A stretch of DNA of 35,430 nt from Nitrospirota bacterium. GTDB taxonomy: Bacteria; JACPQY01. Below the pieces are notes generated by a model. It did no database searches, was not told the origin of the DNA, and saw nothing but the letters and a program-made list of their open reading frames with translations. The translations under genes and the position numbers were made by a program. The stretch's first letter is position 1; each line of letters starts with the position of its first letter. Where the stretch lies: the NCBI GenBank assembly GCA_016180645.1, contig JACPAV010000053.1:1-35430 (forward strand), given 5' to 3'. Below are positions 16,816 to 25,779 of the stretch, piece after piece.

Positions 16816-19674
16816 GTGATGCGCAAGCGACGTGCCGCCCTGCTTCTCTCCGTGCTCCTTTGGCCCTGCGGGGTTCATGCCCAGGCGAAATGGAATCCTG
16901 ACTTGATCTGGAGAACGACGGAGACGGAACACTTCGCCATTCATTTTGATTCCACCTTGGAACCCTTGATTCCGCGCGTGGCGGAGGTGGCCGAAGAGGT
17001 TCACCGGGAGCTTTCGCCGAGGATCGGATGGCTTCCGCGGACGAAAACCCATCTCGTTATGGCGAACCGGTCGGATGACGTGCAGGGTCTGGCCACCCCT
17101 GCCCCCTACAACCTGATCGTCCTCAATGCGGCGCCGCCTCTGACCGAGGAGATGATGCTCGATTTCACGGATTGGTTTCGCGATCTGATCGGACACGAGT
17201 ACACCCACATTCTCCATACGGACAAAGTGAGCGGGGTGGGGAAGGGGCTGAGGGCCGTATTCGGAGGGGCGTGGGTGCCCAACGGATTGGCGCCCCAATG
17301 GGTGACGGAGGGCTATGCGACGCTGGAGGAAAGTACGCTGACCTCCGGCGGACGGACGCATTCGGCCTACACCGACATGGTGGTGCGCACCGCCGTGCTG
17401 TACGGGCGGTTTCCAAGCCTGGACCAGGTGAATGGCGGCTTGCTGGAAGGGATGGGCGGGAATGCGGCCTACCTGTTCGGCGCCCGGTTCCAGGAGTACT
17501 TACGAAATCAGTACGGGGCGGAGGGATTCAAGGTCTTTACGGATAGTCAAGGTGGACGAATAGTCCCGTATTTCACCGTTGGGCTGTCGGGGCAAGCCGC
17601 TTATGGGAAATCCCTTAAAGCCCTCTGGTCCGAGTGGAAGGAACGGACCCACGCCGAGGTGGATGAATGGCGGGAGGCCCGTCGCCGGGAGGGTCTGGTG
17701 GAAGGGGAGGCGGTGGTGAAAGGCCGGGAACCCGTGCTTCGAATGGCCCACGAGGCCGTTGCCGACCGGCTATTGTTCTGGACGCGGAGCCTCGATCGTT
17801 CCCCGCGATTGGTGGAGTGGAGCCTGGAGGAGCGGGACATCGTGAGCGACTTTACGGCGACGGCGCTGACGCTCCATCCGTTGAAACCGTTGGCTGTGTA
17901 TGCCGCCTCCGCCAGCGTGGGGCCGTTCGAAACGATGTCCGATCTGTTCCAAGTGGACGTCGAGTCGGGTTCCACCCGCCGACTGTCCCGAGGGAAACGG
18001 CTCCTGTTCCCGGCATTCGATCCGACCGGTGAGATCCTGGTGGCCGTGCAGTTCGAGGGTTCCCGACACCGGCTGGTGAACTTCCGCCCATCAGACAAGA
18101 ATGTCCAGCCCCTCGATGCTCAACCATCGGCGAAACACCTCGGCGCATTGGCTGTTTCGCCGGACAACCGCACCCTGGCTGTGTCGGTGTGGCGGGAGAA
18201 GAGGGGTACGGAGGGATCGTGGGACATCCTTCTCCTCGATCGGCAGGGTGGGTTCCTCCAGGCCATCACGGATGATCGCGCCGTGGACTACAATCCATCG
18301 TTCTCGTCCGACGGCGAGTGGGTGTTGTTCGATTCGGACCGCTCAGGCGCTTTCAATGTTCTTTCGTGGAATCGGACGACCGGAGAGATCCGACAAGCAA
18401 CAAACGTCGAAACCGGGGCGTTCCAGCCGGTGGTTTCGGGTGACAAGGTCTACTACCGTCGATATCAACCGGAAGGTTTCGATGTGTACGCTGCTACGTG
18501 GGATCCGGCGAGTTGGCCGGTGGTTCAGTCCCCTCACCCTAGCCATCTCCCGCCGGCGGGAGAGGGGGGTGATACGGAACGTTCCGACGGTGATCGCGAA
18601 CAGAATCATCGACAGGCTCCCGTGTCACGCCCCTATTCGGCCTTCCCGGACCTTTTGATTCCCCGCCTGTGGAGTCCGATCTTCTTCTTCAACGACCGCG
18701 GAGTCGCCCAGTATGGCGTGGCCACTTTCAACCTCGATCCTTTGTTCCAGCATGTGTGGTACGTGGAGGCGGACTACCGCCCGGACGCGGCCACCTCGGA
18801 AGGCGAGGCGTTCTATCAGAACGACACACAGTTTCCGTCGATCTTTGTTTCGGGAAGACGACGGGTCTTCTCGGTGGGACCGCTCGACAGCGATTTCTAC
18901 CAGCGATCGAATCGCGCCGAAGCCGGCATGAGTTTCCCGGACGTGAAATACGGCGCGCTCGCCTCGTACACGCTTGAGGACCGGATGAACTTTGGAAGCG
19001 ATGCGGATCCCGAACTCCTCTTCCCCGGTCGGTTCGCCGGTGTGAGGACGGGCCTGGGATACGACTCGACGAAAGCGCATCGATATTCCATCAGCCCGGA
19101 GAAGGGGATCCGGTTCTCATCCTCCTGGGAAATTCTCCATAATCTCTTCGGAAGCGAATTCGACCAGCAGGTTCTTCGCGGCGACGCGCGATGGTACCGG
19201 CGCGTGCCCCTATTGCCCCGCCACGCCGTGGCCCTACGGGGGGCGGCGGGGGCTGCGGTAGGCGAAGCCACTCGCGGCGCCTTTGCGTTGGGCGGTTTCG
19301 TCGGCGAGAGTCCGATTGTGCTCGTGCCTGAGCGGACCTTCATGCTCCGGGGATACGATTTCAACGCCTACCGGGGGAGGCGATTTGTGCTCGGCAGCGC
19401 CGAGTATCGTTTTCCGTTGGCCAAGGTCGAGCGGGGAGTCGGAATCTATCCGTTGTTCCTCCAACAAGTTCACGGGCTGATGTTCGCCGACGTCGGGCAG
19501 GCATGGAACCGCGCGTTCGATGCCCCGCGCACGGGAGTGGGCGTGGGCGGGGAAATCGTTTTCAACTCCGTGCTGTTTTACGGCCTACCGGCGGATATTC
19601 ATCTGGGGGTCGGCCGGGGGCTCACCGATCAAGGCGCGACGACCGTCATCTTTCGGATCGGTCCGAGCTTCTAG
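16816..19674 (+). CDS. Omp85/BamA-TamA family outer membrane protein with N-terminal zinc peptidase-like and PD40 propeller domains
   Basis: Signal peptide; HEYTH plus WVTEGYA (gluzincin-like); PD40-like repeats (PSFSSDGEWVLFDSDRSG); barrel motifs LRGY and EYRFPL; terminal Phe. Confidence 0.85.
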   Translation: MMRKRRAALLLSVLLWPCGVHAQAKWNPDLIWRTTETEHFAIHFDSTLEPLIPRVAEVAEEVHRELSPRIGWLPRTKTHLVMANRSDDVQGLATPAPYNLIVLNAAPPLTEEMMLDFTDWFRDLIGHEYTHILHTDKVSGVGKGLRAVFGGAWVPNGLAPQWVTEGYATLEESTLTSGGRTHSAYTDMVVRTAVLYGRFPSLDQVNGGLLEGMGGNAAYLFGARFQEYLRNQYGAEGFKVFTDSQGGRIVPYFTVGLSGQAAYGKSLKALWSEWKERTHAEVDEWREARRREGLVEGEAVVKGREPVLRMAHEAVADRLLFWTRSLDRSPRLVEWSLEERDIVSDFTATALTLHPLKPLAVYAASASVGPFETMSDLFQVDVESGSTRRLSRGKRLLFPAFDPTGEILVAVQFEGSRHRLVNFRPSDKNVQPLDAQPSAKHLGALAVSPDNRTLAVSVWREKRGTEGSWDILLLDRQGGFLQAITDDRAVDYNPSFSSDGEWVLFDSDRSGAFNVLSWNRTTGEIRQATNVETGAFQPVVSGDKVYYRRYQPEGFDVYAATWDPASWPVVQSPHPSHLPPAGEGGDTERSDGDREQNHRQAPVSRPYSAFPDLLIPRLWSPIFFFNDRGVAQYGVATFNLDPLFQHVWYVEADYRPDAATSEGEAFYQNDTQFPSIFVSGRRRVFSVGPLDSDFYQRSNRAEAGMSFPDVKYGALASYTLEDRMNFGSDADPELLFPGRFAGVRTGLGYDSTKAHRYSISPEKGIRFSSSWEILHNLFGSEFDQQVLRGDARWYRRVPLLPRHAVALRGAAGAAVGEATRGAFALGGFVGESPIVLVPERTFMLRGYDFNAYRGRRFVLGSAEYRFPLAKVERGVGIYPLFLQQVHGLMFADVGQAWNRAFDAPRTGVGVGGEIVFNSVLFYGLPADIHLGVGRGLTDQGATTVIFRIGPSF
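18530..18567. repeat. Palindromic element in-frame within the Omp85 gene
   Basis: CCCCTCACCCTAGCCATCTCCCGCCGGCGGGAGAGGGG resembles the common CCCTCACCC...CTCTCCC...GGGAGAGGG intergenic repeat; translates as PHPSHLPPAGEG. Confidence 0.65.
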
Positions 19675-19708
19675 GACGATTCATTTTCTGGTAAAGTCCT
19701 CTCTCATC

Positions 19709-20065
19709 ATGGGGGCAACGAAACCATCAGCCGACGGAACCGAACCCGCATGGGTGATGCCGCTGGGCAGCGACATCGTCCTCGAGGGGAAACTCAAATT
19801 TTCGGGCAGCATGGTCCTTAACGGGCAGTTCACGGGTACCATCATGAGCGACGGGCAGCTCACGCTCGGCCCCGAGGCCCTCGTCAAGGGTGATATCGCG
19901 GCCGATTCTGTTCTCGTGGAGGGGAAAGTTCTGGGGAATATCCGTGCGAAGAACCGCGTTCAACTCCGCCGTACCGCCAAGGTGATGGGGGATGTGATTT
20001 CCGCGCTCTTCGTCGTTGAGGAAGGGGCCATCTTCTCAGGCCGCTCCGAGATGGGGAAGGCGTAG
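19709..20065 (+). CDS. Bactofilin (polymer-forming cytoskeletal protein)
   Basis: Beta-helix pattern LEGKLKFSG...GQFTGTI...VKGDI.A..V.VEGKV.GNI...V.GD...VEEGA.F.G. Start at ATG 19709 avoids overlap with the Omp85 gene. Confidence 0.9.
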   Translation: MGATKPSADGTEPAWVMPLGSDIVLEGKLKFSGSMVLNGQFTGTIMSDGQLTLGPEALVKGDIAADSVLVEGKVLGNIRAKNRVQLRRTAKVMGDVISALFVVEEGAIFSGRSEMGKA

Positions 20066-20096
20066 GGGAGCAGCTTTAATGCGTCTAGCAGAATGC

Positions 20097-20239
20097 GTAG
20101 GGGAGGGTCTTCAGACCCTCCCGACAAGAGGGAGCAAGTAGGGGAGGGTCTTCAGACCCTCCCGACAAGAGGGAGCAAGTAGGGGAGGGTCTTCAGACCC
20201 TCCCGACAAGAGTGGGAGGACCTAAAGGTCCTCCCCTAC
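20097..20239. repeat. Tandem array of GTAG-type REP units (41-bp unit, about 2.8 copies) closed by an inverted REP
   Basis: GTAGGGGAGGGTCTTCAGACCCTCCCGACAAGAGGGAGCAA starts at 20097, 20138 and 20179 (third copy partial), then GGGAGGACCTAAAGGTCCTCCCCTAC. Confidence 0.9.
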
Positions 20240-20273
20240 GGCAGGTGAGTTTCCGGACGGATGGTTGGAACCG

Positions 20274-21200
20274 TTACTCGCAGAGATAGGGCTTTGACAG
20301 GGGCACGATTCGGTCGAGATCCGTCTCGAAAGCTTGCTTGGAGTGATTGCGCGACCGAATGAGCGCTCGGTCCAAACCGCATCTAAATACAATAATCCTG
20401 GATTGAACCTTCCACGACCGGAACAGATCGGCGCGGATGGGTGATACGTCCACGAAGATCGTCCCGTTCAAATCGCGCGAAATCTGGAGGTCATCCGGGT
20501 GATGGTTGTCGGCATGGATGTGGCCGGAGATCCAGAGGTCCACAGGGTGGAGTCTCAGCGCGTCTACAAATCGTTTCCCGTCGACGATGACCCGGGTGCG
20601 ATTGCTCGTATAGGGGAGGCCGCTCTCCTTGAGGGGAGCGTGGGTGACCGTGACAATGATCTTGTCCCTGTTCGCCTCCAGCTCATGCCGCCACCACTCG
20701 AATACGGTGTCCGGAATCTCGGTGGGGGAACTCTTGTTTTCATCCGACATCAGGAGGAATAGGAGGTTGCCTTTCCGGAATTCTCCGTGAAGTTCGGGAT
20801 TCACCCACTTGCGGAAGAGTTCACCGTTGTCTCGCTGATCATGATTGCCCGCAATCTCATGCCACTCGGACAGGCCGGTCATCCGCTTGGTGGCATCGTA
20901 CCAACGGTATTCATCCTCTTCGGCGTTCTGGGCGATGTCTCCCGCGACGATCGCGAAATCGACTCCCCGCACGTTGTTCCGGATGTCGTGAGCGGCCAGT
21001 TCGTACTGCTTTCGCTGACTCATCGTAAACGGCTGGATATCCGAGTGCGCCCAGATCATGAGCACCTGGTCCGGAGGACTTTCGAAGGCAGCCAGGTTCG
21101 GGGACTCTTGTGCGGCGGCGGTGCAGGATGCGAGGAGGGAGGCGAGTGTGACAGGAAGGAGTCTCAAGCGTTCCGTGGATCTACGAGCGCCCTGCCTCAT
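20274..21200 (-). CDS. Calcineurin-like metallophosphoesterase, probable lipoprotein
   Basis: SDIQ, AGDI, GNHD, THAP and SGHIH motifs; LASC lipobox. Start at ATG 21200 or TTG 21167; the longer ORF runs into the repeat. Confidence 0.85.
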   Translation of the reverse strand: MRQGARRSTERLRLLPVTLASLLASCTAAAQESPNLAAFESPPDQVLMIWAHSDIQPFTMSQRKQYELAAHDIRNNVRGVDFAIVAGDIAQNAEEDEYRWYDATKRMTGLSEWHEIAGNHDQRDNGELFRKWVNPELHGEFRKGNLLFLLMSDENKSSPTEIPDTVFEWWRHELEANRDKIIVTVTHAPLKESGLPYTSNRTRVIVDGKRFVDALRLHPVDLWISGHIHADNHHPDDLQISRDLNGTIFVDVSPIRADLFRSWKVQSRIIVFRCGLDRALIRSRNHSKQAFETDLDRIVPLSKPYLCE

Positions 21201-21337
21201 GACGCGGGCTGAAGCCCCATGCCACGGAGGGTATGGGACCATGATATGTCGCCGCACCACGGATGGTGCGGCATGTAACATGGCCCGCGGCTACCAAGAG
21301 AGGGAATCTCTGGTAGGCGCAGGCTTTGAGCCTGCGG
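21201..21337. repeat. Composite GTAG-type REP element, copy 2 (inverted relative to copy 1)
   Basis: 21201-21295 is the reverse complement of 6794-6888; followed by REP GTAGGCGCAGGCTTTGAGCCTGCGG (21313-21337). Confidence 0.85.
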
Positions 21338-21373
21338 AATTCTCCGTGATGGACGTTCACTCTGCCTGGACCT

Positions 21374-22540
21374 CTACGCGGCCGCTTTCCGGCCTTTGTT
21401 CGAGAGGTTCATGAGCTTCTCGATGATGGGCGGAAGGGCTTCGAGGAGGGCGTCAATCTCCTGCCGAGTGTTGGATGGACCGAGGCTGATCCGAACGGCA
21501 CTGCGGCTTTCTTCGTCGGGCAATCCCATGGCTTTCAGCACGTGGGAGGGTTCAACAGATCCGGCCGAGCAGGCCGATCCGGTGGAGACGGCGATGCCCA
21601 GCAAGTCGAGGTTGATCAGAATCGCCTCGCCCTCCACGCCTGGGAACGAAACGTTGACGGTGCCGGGGAGGCGACCGTCGTCTTTCGGCCCGTTCAGACG
21701 GGCGGACGGGATGCGTCGAAACAGTTCATCAAGCAAGTCGCCACCCAGTTCGCGGGCGGTTTCAATGCGTGTCGGGAGTCCGGCCAAGGCCAGTTCGGCC
21801 GCCTTGCCGAATCCGACGATGTTCGCGACATTCGGCGTTCCGCCGCGGAGCTCATTTTCCTGCTCGCCGAAAATCAGCGGCGCGATCGATTTTCCGCGAC
21901 GGACGTAGATCGCGCCGATCCCCTTCGGTCCTCCGAACTTGTGCGCGGAAATGGAATACGAATCGACTTTCAGCCGGCGGAGGTCCAGCGAGAGCTTTCC
22001 GGCCGCTTGAACGCCGTCACAGTGGAACCAAACGTCCCTCGCCCCGGCGATTTCCCCGATGGATTCGACGGGATGGATTGTGCCGATCTCGTTGTTCACG
22101 TGCATGACGGCGACGAGGAGGGTGTCCTCTCGAATCGCTGATCGAACCACCTCCGGGGCCAGGCGTCCTTCGCGATCAACCGGCAGGTAGGTTACGTCCA
22201 CGCCTTCCCCCGCCAGCGCCTTGCAGCCATCGAGAATCGAAGAATGTTCGACGGAGCTGACGATGATATGGCGGCCCTTTTCTGATCCCCTTCCACAGAC
22301 ACTTCGCAGAACGGTGCTGTTGGCCTCCGTTCCCCCGCTGGTGAAGATCAGCTCCTTGGGACTGCATCCGAGCAGCTTGGCCACCTGGCCGCGCGCCAGT
22401 TCGATGGGCCCTTTCACCTCGCGACCGGCCCAGTGGATGCTGGACGGATTCCCGAACTTCTCGACGAGGTAGGGCCGCATCGCCTCGAACACGGCCGGCT
22501 CCAGCGGCGTGGCGGCGTTATGATCGAGATAGATCTTCAT
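21374..22540 (-). CDS. iscS: Cysteine desulfurase (IscS/NifS group I)
   Basis: YLDHNAAT, GNPSS, TSGGTE, PLP-binding SAHKFGGPKG and active-site STGSACS motifs. Confidence 0.93.
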   Translation of the reverse strand: MKIYLDHNAATPLEPAVFEAMRPYLVEKFGNPSSIHWAGREVKGPIELARGQVAKLLGCSPKELIFTSGGTEANSTVLRSVCGRGSEKGRHIIVSSVEHSSILDGCKALAGEGVDVTYLPVDREGRLAPEVVRSAIREDTLLVAVMHVNNEIGTIHPVESIGEIAGARDVWFHCDGVQAAGKLSLDLRRLKVDSYSISAHKFGGPKGIGAIYVRRGKSIAPLIFGEQENELRGGTPNVANIVGFGKAAELALAGLPTRIETARELGGDLLDELFRRIPSARLNGPKDDGRLPGTVNVSFPGVEGEAILINLDLLGIAVSTGSACSAGSVEPSHVLKAMGLPDEESRSAVRISLGPSNTRQEIDALLEALPPIIEKLMNLSNKGRKAAA

Positions 22541-22591
22541 TTCCTTACCAGTTTAGCGCCGGCACGGGCGGGGGGCCAGAGCCGGATCGGA

Positions 22592-23614
22592 TCAGTTCTC
22601 TTGGTCGAGAAGGAAGTTTTCGGGATCGACGGCGATGCCGTTGACGCGGACTTCGTAATGCAGGTGGGGGCCGGTGCTGACGCCGGTATTGCCGAGGGCG
22701 GCGACGATCTGCTTCTGCTTCACCTTCTGCCCTTCGGTTACAAAAAGTTCCGAAAGGTGTCCGAAGCGCGTGCTGTAGCCGTAACCGTGGTCGAGGACCA
22801 GGAGCTTGCCGTACTGTCCCTTACGCGAAGCGTACACCACGACTCCATCGGCCGGCGCAATGATGGGCGTTCCGACGGAATTCGACATGTCGATCCCGCG
22901 GTGGAACTGCCGCAGACCCGTGTACGGAGACCGCCTGTAGCCGAACCGCGAAGTGTACCAGCCGGGTACCGGCCTCAAGGTCGGCATTGAATTGAGAATA
23001 GACTGCTGCTCCAAGAGATACGTTTCAATCTCCTCCAGGCTCTTGTGTTCCACTTGGGCGTCGTAATTGATGTTGGCGAAATCATCGAACATGCCATCCA
23101 CCAACTGCTGCTCATCTTCGTCCAGCGATTCGTACCGCATCGGCTCCTCCTCGGACGATCCGCCGGTGCCGAGCAGGGAGGTCTCTTCCTTCGGAGGTTC
23201 AAGATTCATGATCTTCCGGAGTTTGTGGTCGAATCGTTTGACCTTGAGGACCTCCTGATCCAGGAACCACGTCTTCTCTTCCATGGAGCGAAGCGCCACC
23301 GACTGGGCCATGTTTTGTTCCTCAAGGGTGTGCAGACGACGGAGTTTGCCGCGGACGCGGATGCCGTCCAGCGTGAGCACCACGGCGGAGAACAGGAGGA
23401 CGCCGGTGAATCCTGCGGCGAGGAGGAGGGTCAGGCGTGAGGCCTTGAACTGAACCATCCGGGAGGCCTGATGGCTGGGCATGACCATCAGCGTGTAGAC
23501 CTTCTTCCGCTCGCGGGAAATGGTTTCCCTGAGTCGGCTGAACCAGGAACCTTCGATCACACCCCCGGAGGTTTTGGGCTTTTCGACCCGCATAATCAGT
23601 CTAGGTGCTAACAT
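22592..23614 (-). CDS. M23 family murein endopeptidase with N-terminal TM and coiled coil
   Basis: HRGID and STGPHLHYEV motifs. Start uncertain (23614 or 23593). Confidence 0.92.
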   Translation of the reverse strand: MLAPRLIMRVEKPKTSGGVIEGSWFSRLRETISRERKKVYTLMVMPSHQASRMVQFKASRLTLLLAAGFTGVLLFSAVVLTLDGIRVRGKLRRLHTLEEQNMAQSVALRSMEEKTWFLDQEVLKVKRFDHKLRKIMNLEPPKEETSLLGTGGSSEEEPMRYESLDEDEQQLVDGMFDDFANINYDAQVEHKSLEEIETYLLEQQSILNSMPTLRPVPGWYTSRFGYRRSPYTGLRQFHRGIDMSNSVGTPIIAPADGVVVYASRKGQYGKLLVLDHGYGYSTRFGHLSELFVTEGQKVKQKQIVAALGNTGVSTGPHLHYEVRVNGIAVDPENFLLDQEN

Positions 23615-23658
23615 CGGGTCACCCGCGGTGTCAAGCGGAAATTTCGATCTGAAGGGAC

Positions 23659-25563
23659 TTACGGCATCTTCCCTGAACCGGGGTCGTGGGCTTCCGCCTT
23701 GGAGAGCGCCTCAAGGTACTTCTGCCGCAGGGGAGAAGTCGGGCTGAGCCGATCGAGAGCGTTGCGGTACAACCGGATCGCGTCTCCGGTTCGGCCCTCC
23801 AACTCGGCCACCCTCCCCAGCCCTTCAATGGCCGTGGCATACCGGGGCTGGATCGCCAGCGCCATTTCAAACATGCGCTTCGCTTCCGCAGTCCTGCCGT
23901 TCCAGAGGTGCCAACGGGCCTGCGAGGCGGTAATCCGGGCGATGTTGGCGGAAGTGGGCAGATCCGGCGGGGGCGGCGATGCGAATCGCTCGGCAACCTT
24001 CACCCACTTCCTCCCCAGGACTTCGAAGGAGGGGTGGCTTGGATGCGGCCGGATCAGGAATACCGGACCGGCCACCTTGGCTCCTGAGAACAGGGTTGTG
24101 TCGATATCGGTCCGGAGCGTGGTGGGTCGCCGTTCGGACAAGTGTGGCAGGATGATTCTAAGCTGATCCGGTTCCGTAAGTCCTTCCCGTAAGAGACTGA
24201 AATATCGGATGTCTGGACGTCTGTGCTCGATGCTGCTCAGGTAGTTGGCCTGGAAAACGAACTGGCCCGAATCGACCAGCGCTCCGTTGGGGGGAACGGC
24301 GTCAACGGTCAGATCGACGGACGCTTCCTGGGAGAAGGTTCGAAAGCCGGATTGTGCTTCCACGCTTTGGTAGAGGAGGACCACGGCCAGAACAACCACA
24401 GTGGCTCCGACCATCGCGCGAAGCACGGGAACTCGCGAGAGCTCCAAGACTGAGCGAGAACCGATTCCCGCGGCAAAAGCCGCTACGGCCCAGATGAGGT
24501 AGTACTGCGCCGGGAAACTCTCGAATCGCATGAAGAAGACGATTTGGAGGCCGGACCCGAGAAGGATGGCTGCGGTGAGCCGTAGTCTGGATTTGAGACC
24601 GTAGACGAGGCCCAGTCCCGCGAAGGTGAGGAGAGACCACGGGTACTCCCAAGCCAGCTTCCTGAGGAATTCCTGAATTTCGGGGGGCAGATCCGATCCT
24701 GTCAGTCGCCAGAGGTAGCCGTATTCGCTGGTTCCCAGGAGGTGGCCGAGGAGGCGAGCGGGCTGCGAGAGATCGCCCCAATATAGGGGAGCATCGGGAA
24801 TCGAGCGCAAGGCGAGGAAGAGGTGAGTGGAGTAGCCCAAGGCCACAACAGGGAGCGTCGAAAGGATGCGGCGGACGATGGGTGACCCCGTCTGCGTCCG
24901 AGCATCGGCCGGGGCAGCCGTGCCGGTCGAGACCGACGCGCTCCACGGCCCTCCCCGGCGTTCCGGGGACGGCACGCCCTCGTGGCGCCGCGCCGCCGCG
25001 GCCTCCGGACCGCGGGCCGGTCGAGGGATCGAAAAGAATAGGGGCAGGTAGAAGAGGGTGGAGAAATGCACGCACGCGGCAATTCCAAGGGCCATGGCGC
25101 CGGCGTACGTGCCCCGCCGGCCCGGCACGGTGGCCACAAGGCCGAATGCAGTCGCCAGCATGGCCGCGTGGAAGGGGTAGACTTCGGGAACCAGCGCGTA
25201 CGTCCGGAGGGTGACGGAAGTGACGAAGGCGCCCCCAAGGAAAACGGCGGTCGGTATGGATTCGAGTCCGGAGGTCCGGGGCGTGGATCGCGAGGGAAGG
25301 GCCGCCCAGTGGGCAAGGGTCGCCACGATCAATCCGCTGGAGATGGTCGAAAGGAGAGCCACACGGGCTGGAATGGGGCCGATCGGCAGCCACGTCAGGA
25401 CATGGGCGACGAGGGAGTAGGCCGGCGAGCCGGCCGGATGCGAAGGGAGGAGGAAGAAGGATGTCATGATGAATTCGGGGCTGTCGTGCCAGAACATTCC
25501 GCCGTGAATGAACGCGGCGCAAAAGGCCACCGTGGCACAGTAGAGGATGAGAACGGGCGGCAC
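23659..25563 (-). CDS. DUF2723/TMEM260-like polytopic GT-C glycosyltransferase with C-terminal TPR
   Basis: DSPEF...SHPAGSPAY, EVY, WGD and RRPD motifs; many TM segments; TPR-like C-terminal helices. Confidence 0.8.
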   Translation of the reverse strand: MPPVLILYCATVAFCAAFIHGGMFWHDSPEFIMTSFFLLPSHPAGSPAYSLVAHVLTWLPIGPIPARVALLSTISSGLIVATLAHWAALPSRSTPRTSGLESIPTAVFLGGAFVTSVTLRTYALVPEVYPFHAAMLATAFGLVATVPGRRGTYAGAMALGIAACVHFSTLFYLPLFFSIPRPARGPEAAAARRHEGVPSPERRGGPWSASVSTGTAAPADARTQTGSPIVRRILSTLPVVALGYSTHLFLALRSIPDAPLYWGDLSQPARLLGHLLGTSEYGYLWRLTGSDLPPEIQEFLRKLAWEYPWSLLTFAGLGLVYGLKSRLRLTAAILLGSGLQIVFFMRFESFPAQYYLIWAVAAFAAGIGSRSVLELSRVPVLRAMVGATVVVLAVVLLYQSVEAQSGFRTFSQEASVDLTVDAVPPNGALVDSGQFVFQANYLSSIEHRRPDIRYFSLLREGLTEPDQLRIILPHLSERRPTTLRTDIDTTLFSGAKVAGPVFLIRPHPSHPSFEVLGRKWVKVAERFASPPPPDLPTSANIARITASQARWHLWNGRTAEAKRMFEMALAIQPRYATAIEGLGRVAELEGRTGDAIRLYRNALDRLSPTSPLRQKYLEALSKAEAHDPGSGKMP

Positions 25564-25569
25564 GGGCCT

Positions 25570-25597
25570 ACAATACTGTCGGGCCGGGCGATGTCAA
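25570..25597 (-). promoter_or_regulatory. Putative sigma70 promoter for the DUF2723 gene
   Basis: TTGACA (25597-25592), 16 nt, TATTGT (25575-25570), then 6 nt to the GTG start. Confidence 0.5.
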
Positions 25598-25779
25598 TCG
25601 ACCCGGCTTCCCAGAGCGGTTGGCGGACCCGCTCCATTCCTGCTACCATCTGCGCGCTTCATAGAGGGAATCGTGAGGAATTCCAGCAAACCGATGTCTT
25701 CATATGTCTACTCGCTTTCGCTGAACGAGATCTGGGACGGGGTCTCCACCCTGCCGGTCTTGCAATCCGGGGGTGAAAG

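Noticed and set aside
20097-20239. Mini CRISPR array
   Set aside because: Units are identical with no variable spacers and match a REP family also found at 30312.
21311-21380. tRNA-like 3' end on the minus strand (GCAGGCTCAAAGCCTGCGCCTACCA)
   Set aside because: No TTCRA loop or complete cloverleaf; it matches the REP at 6755-6778.
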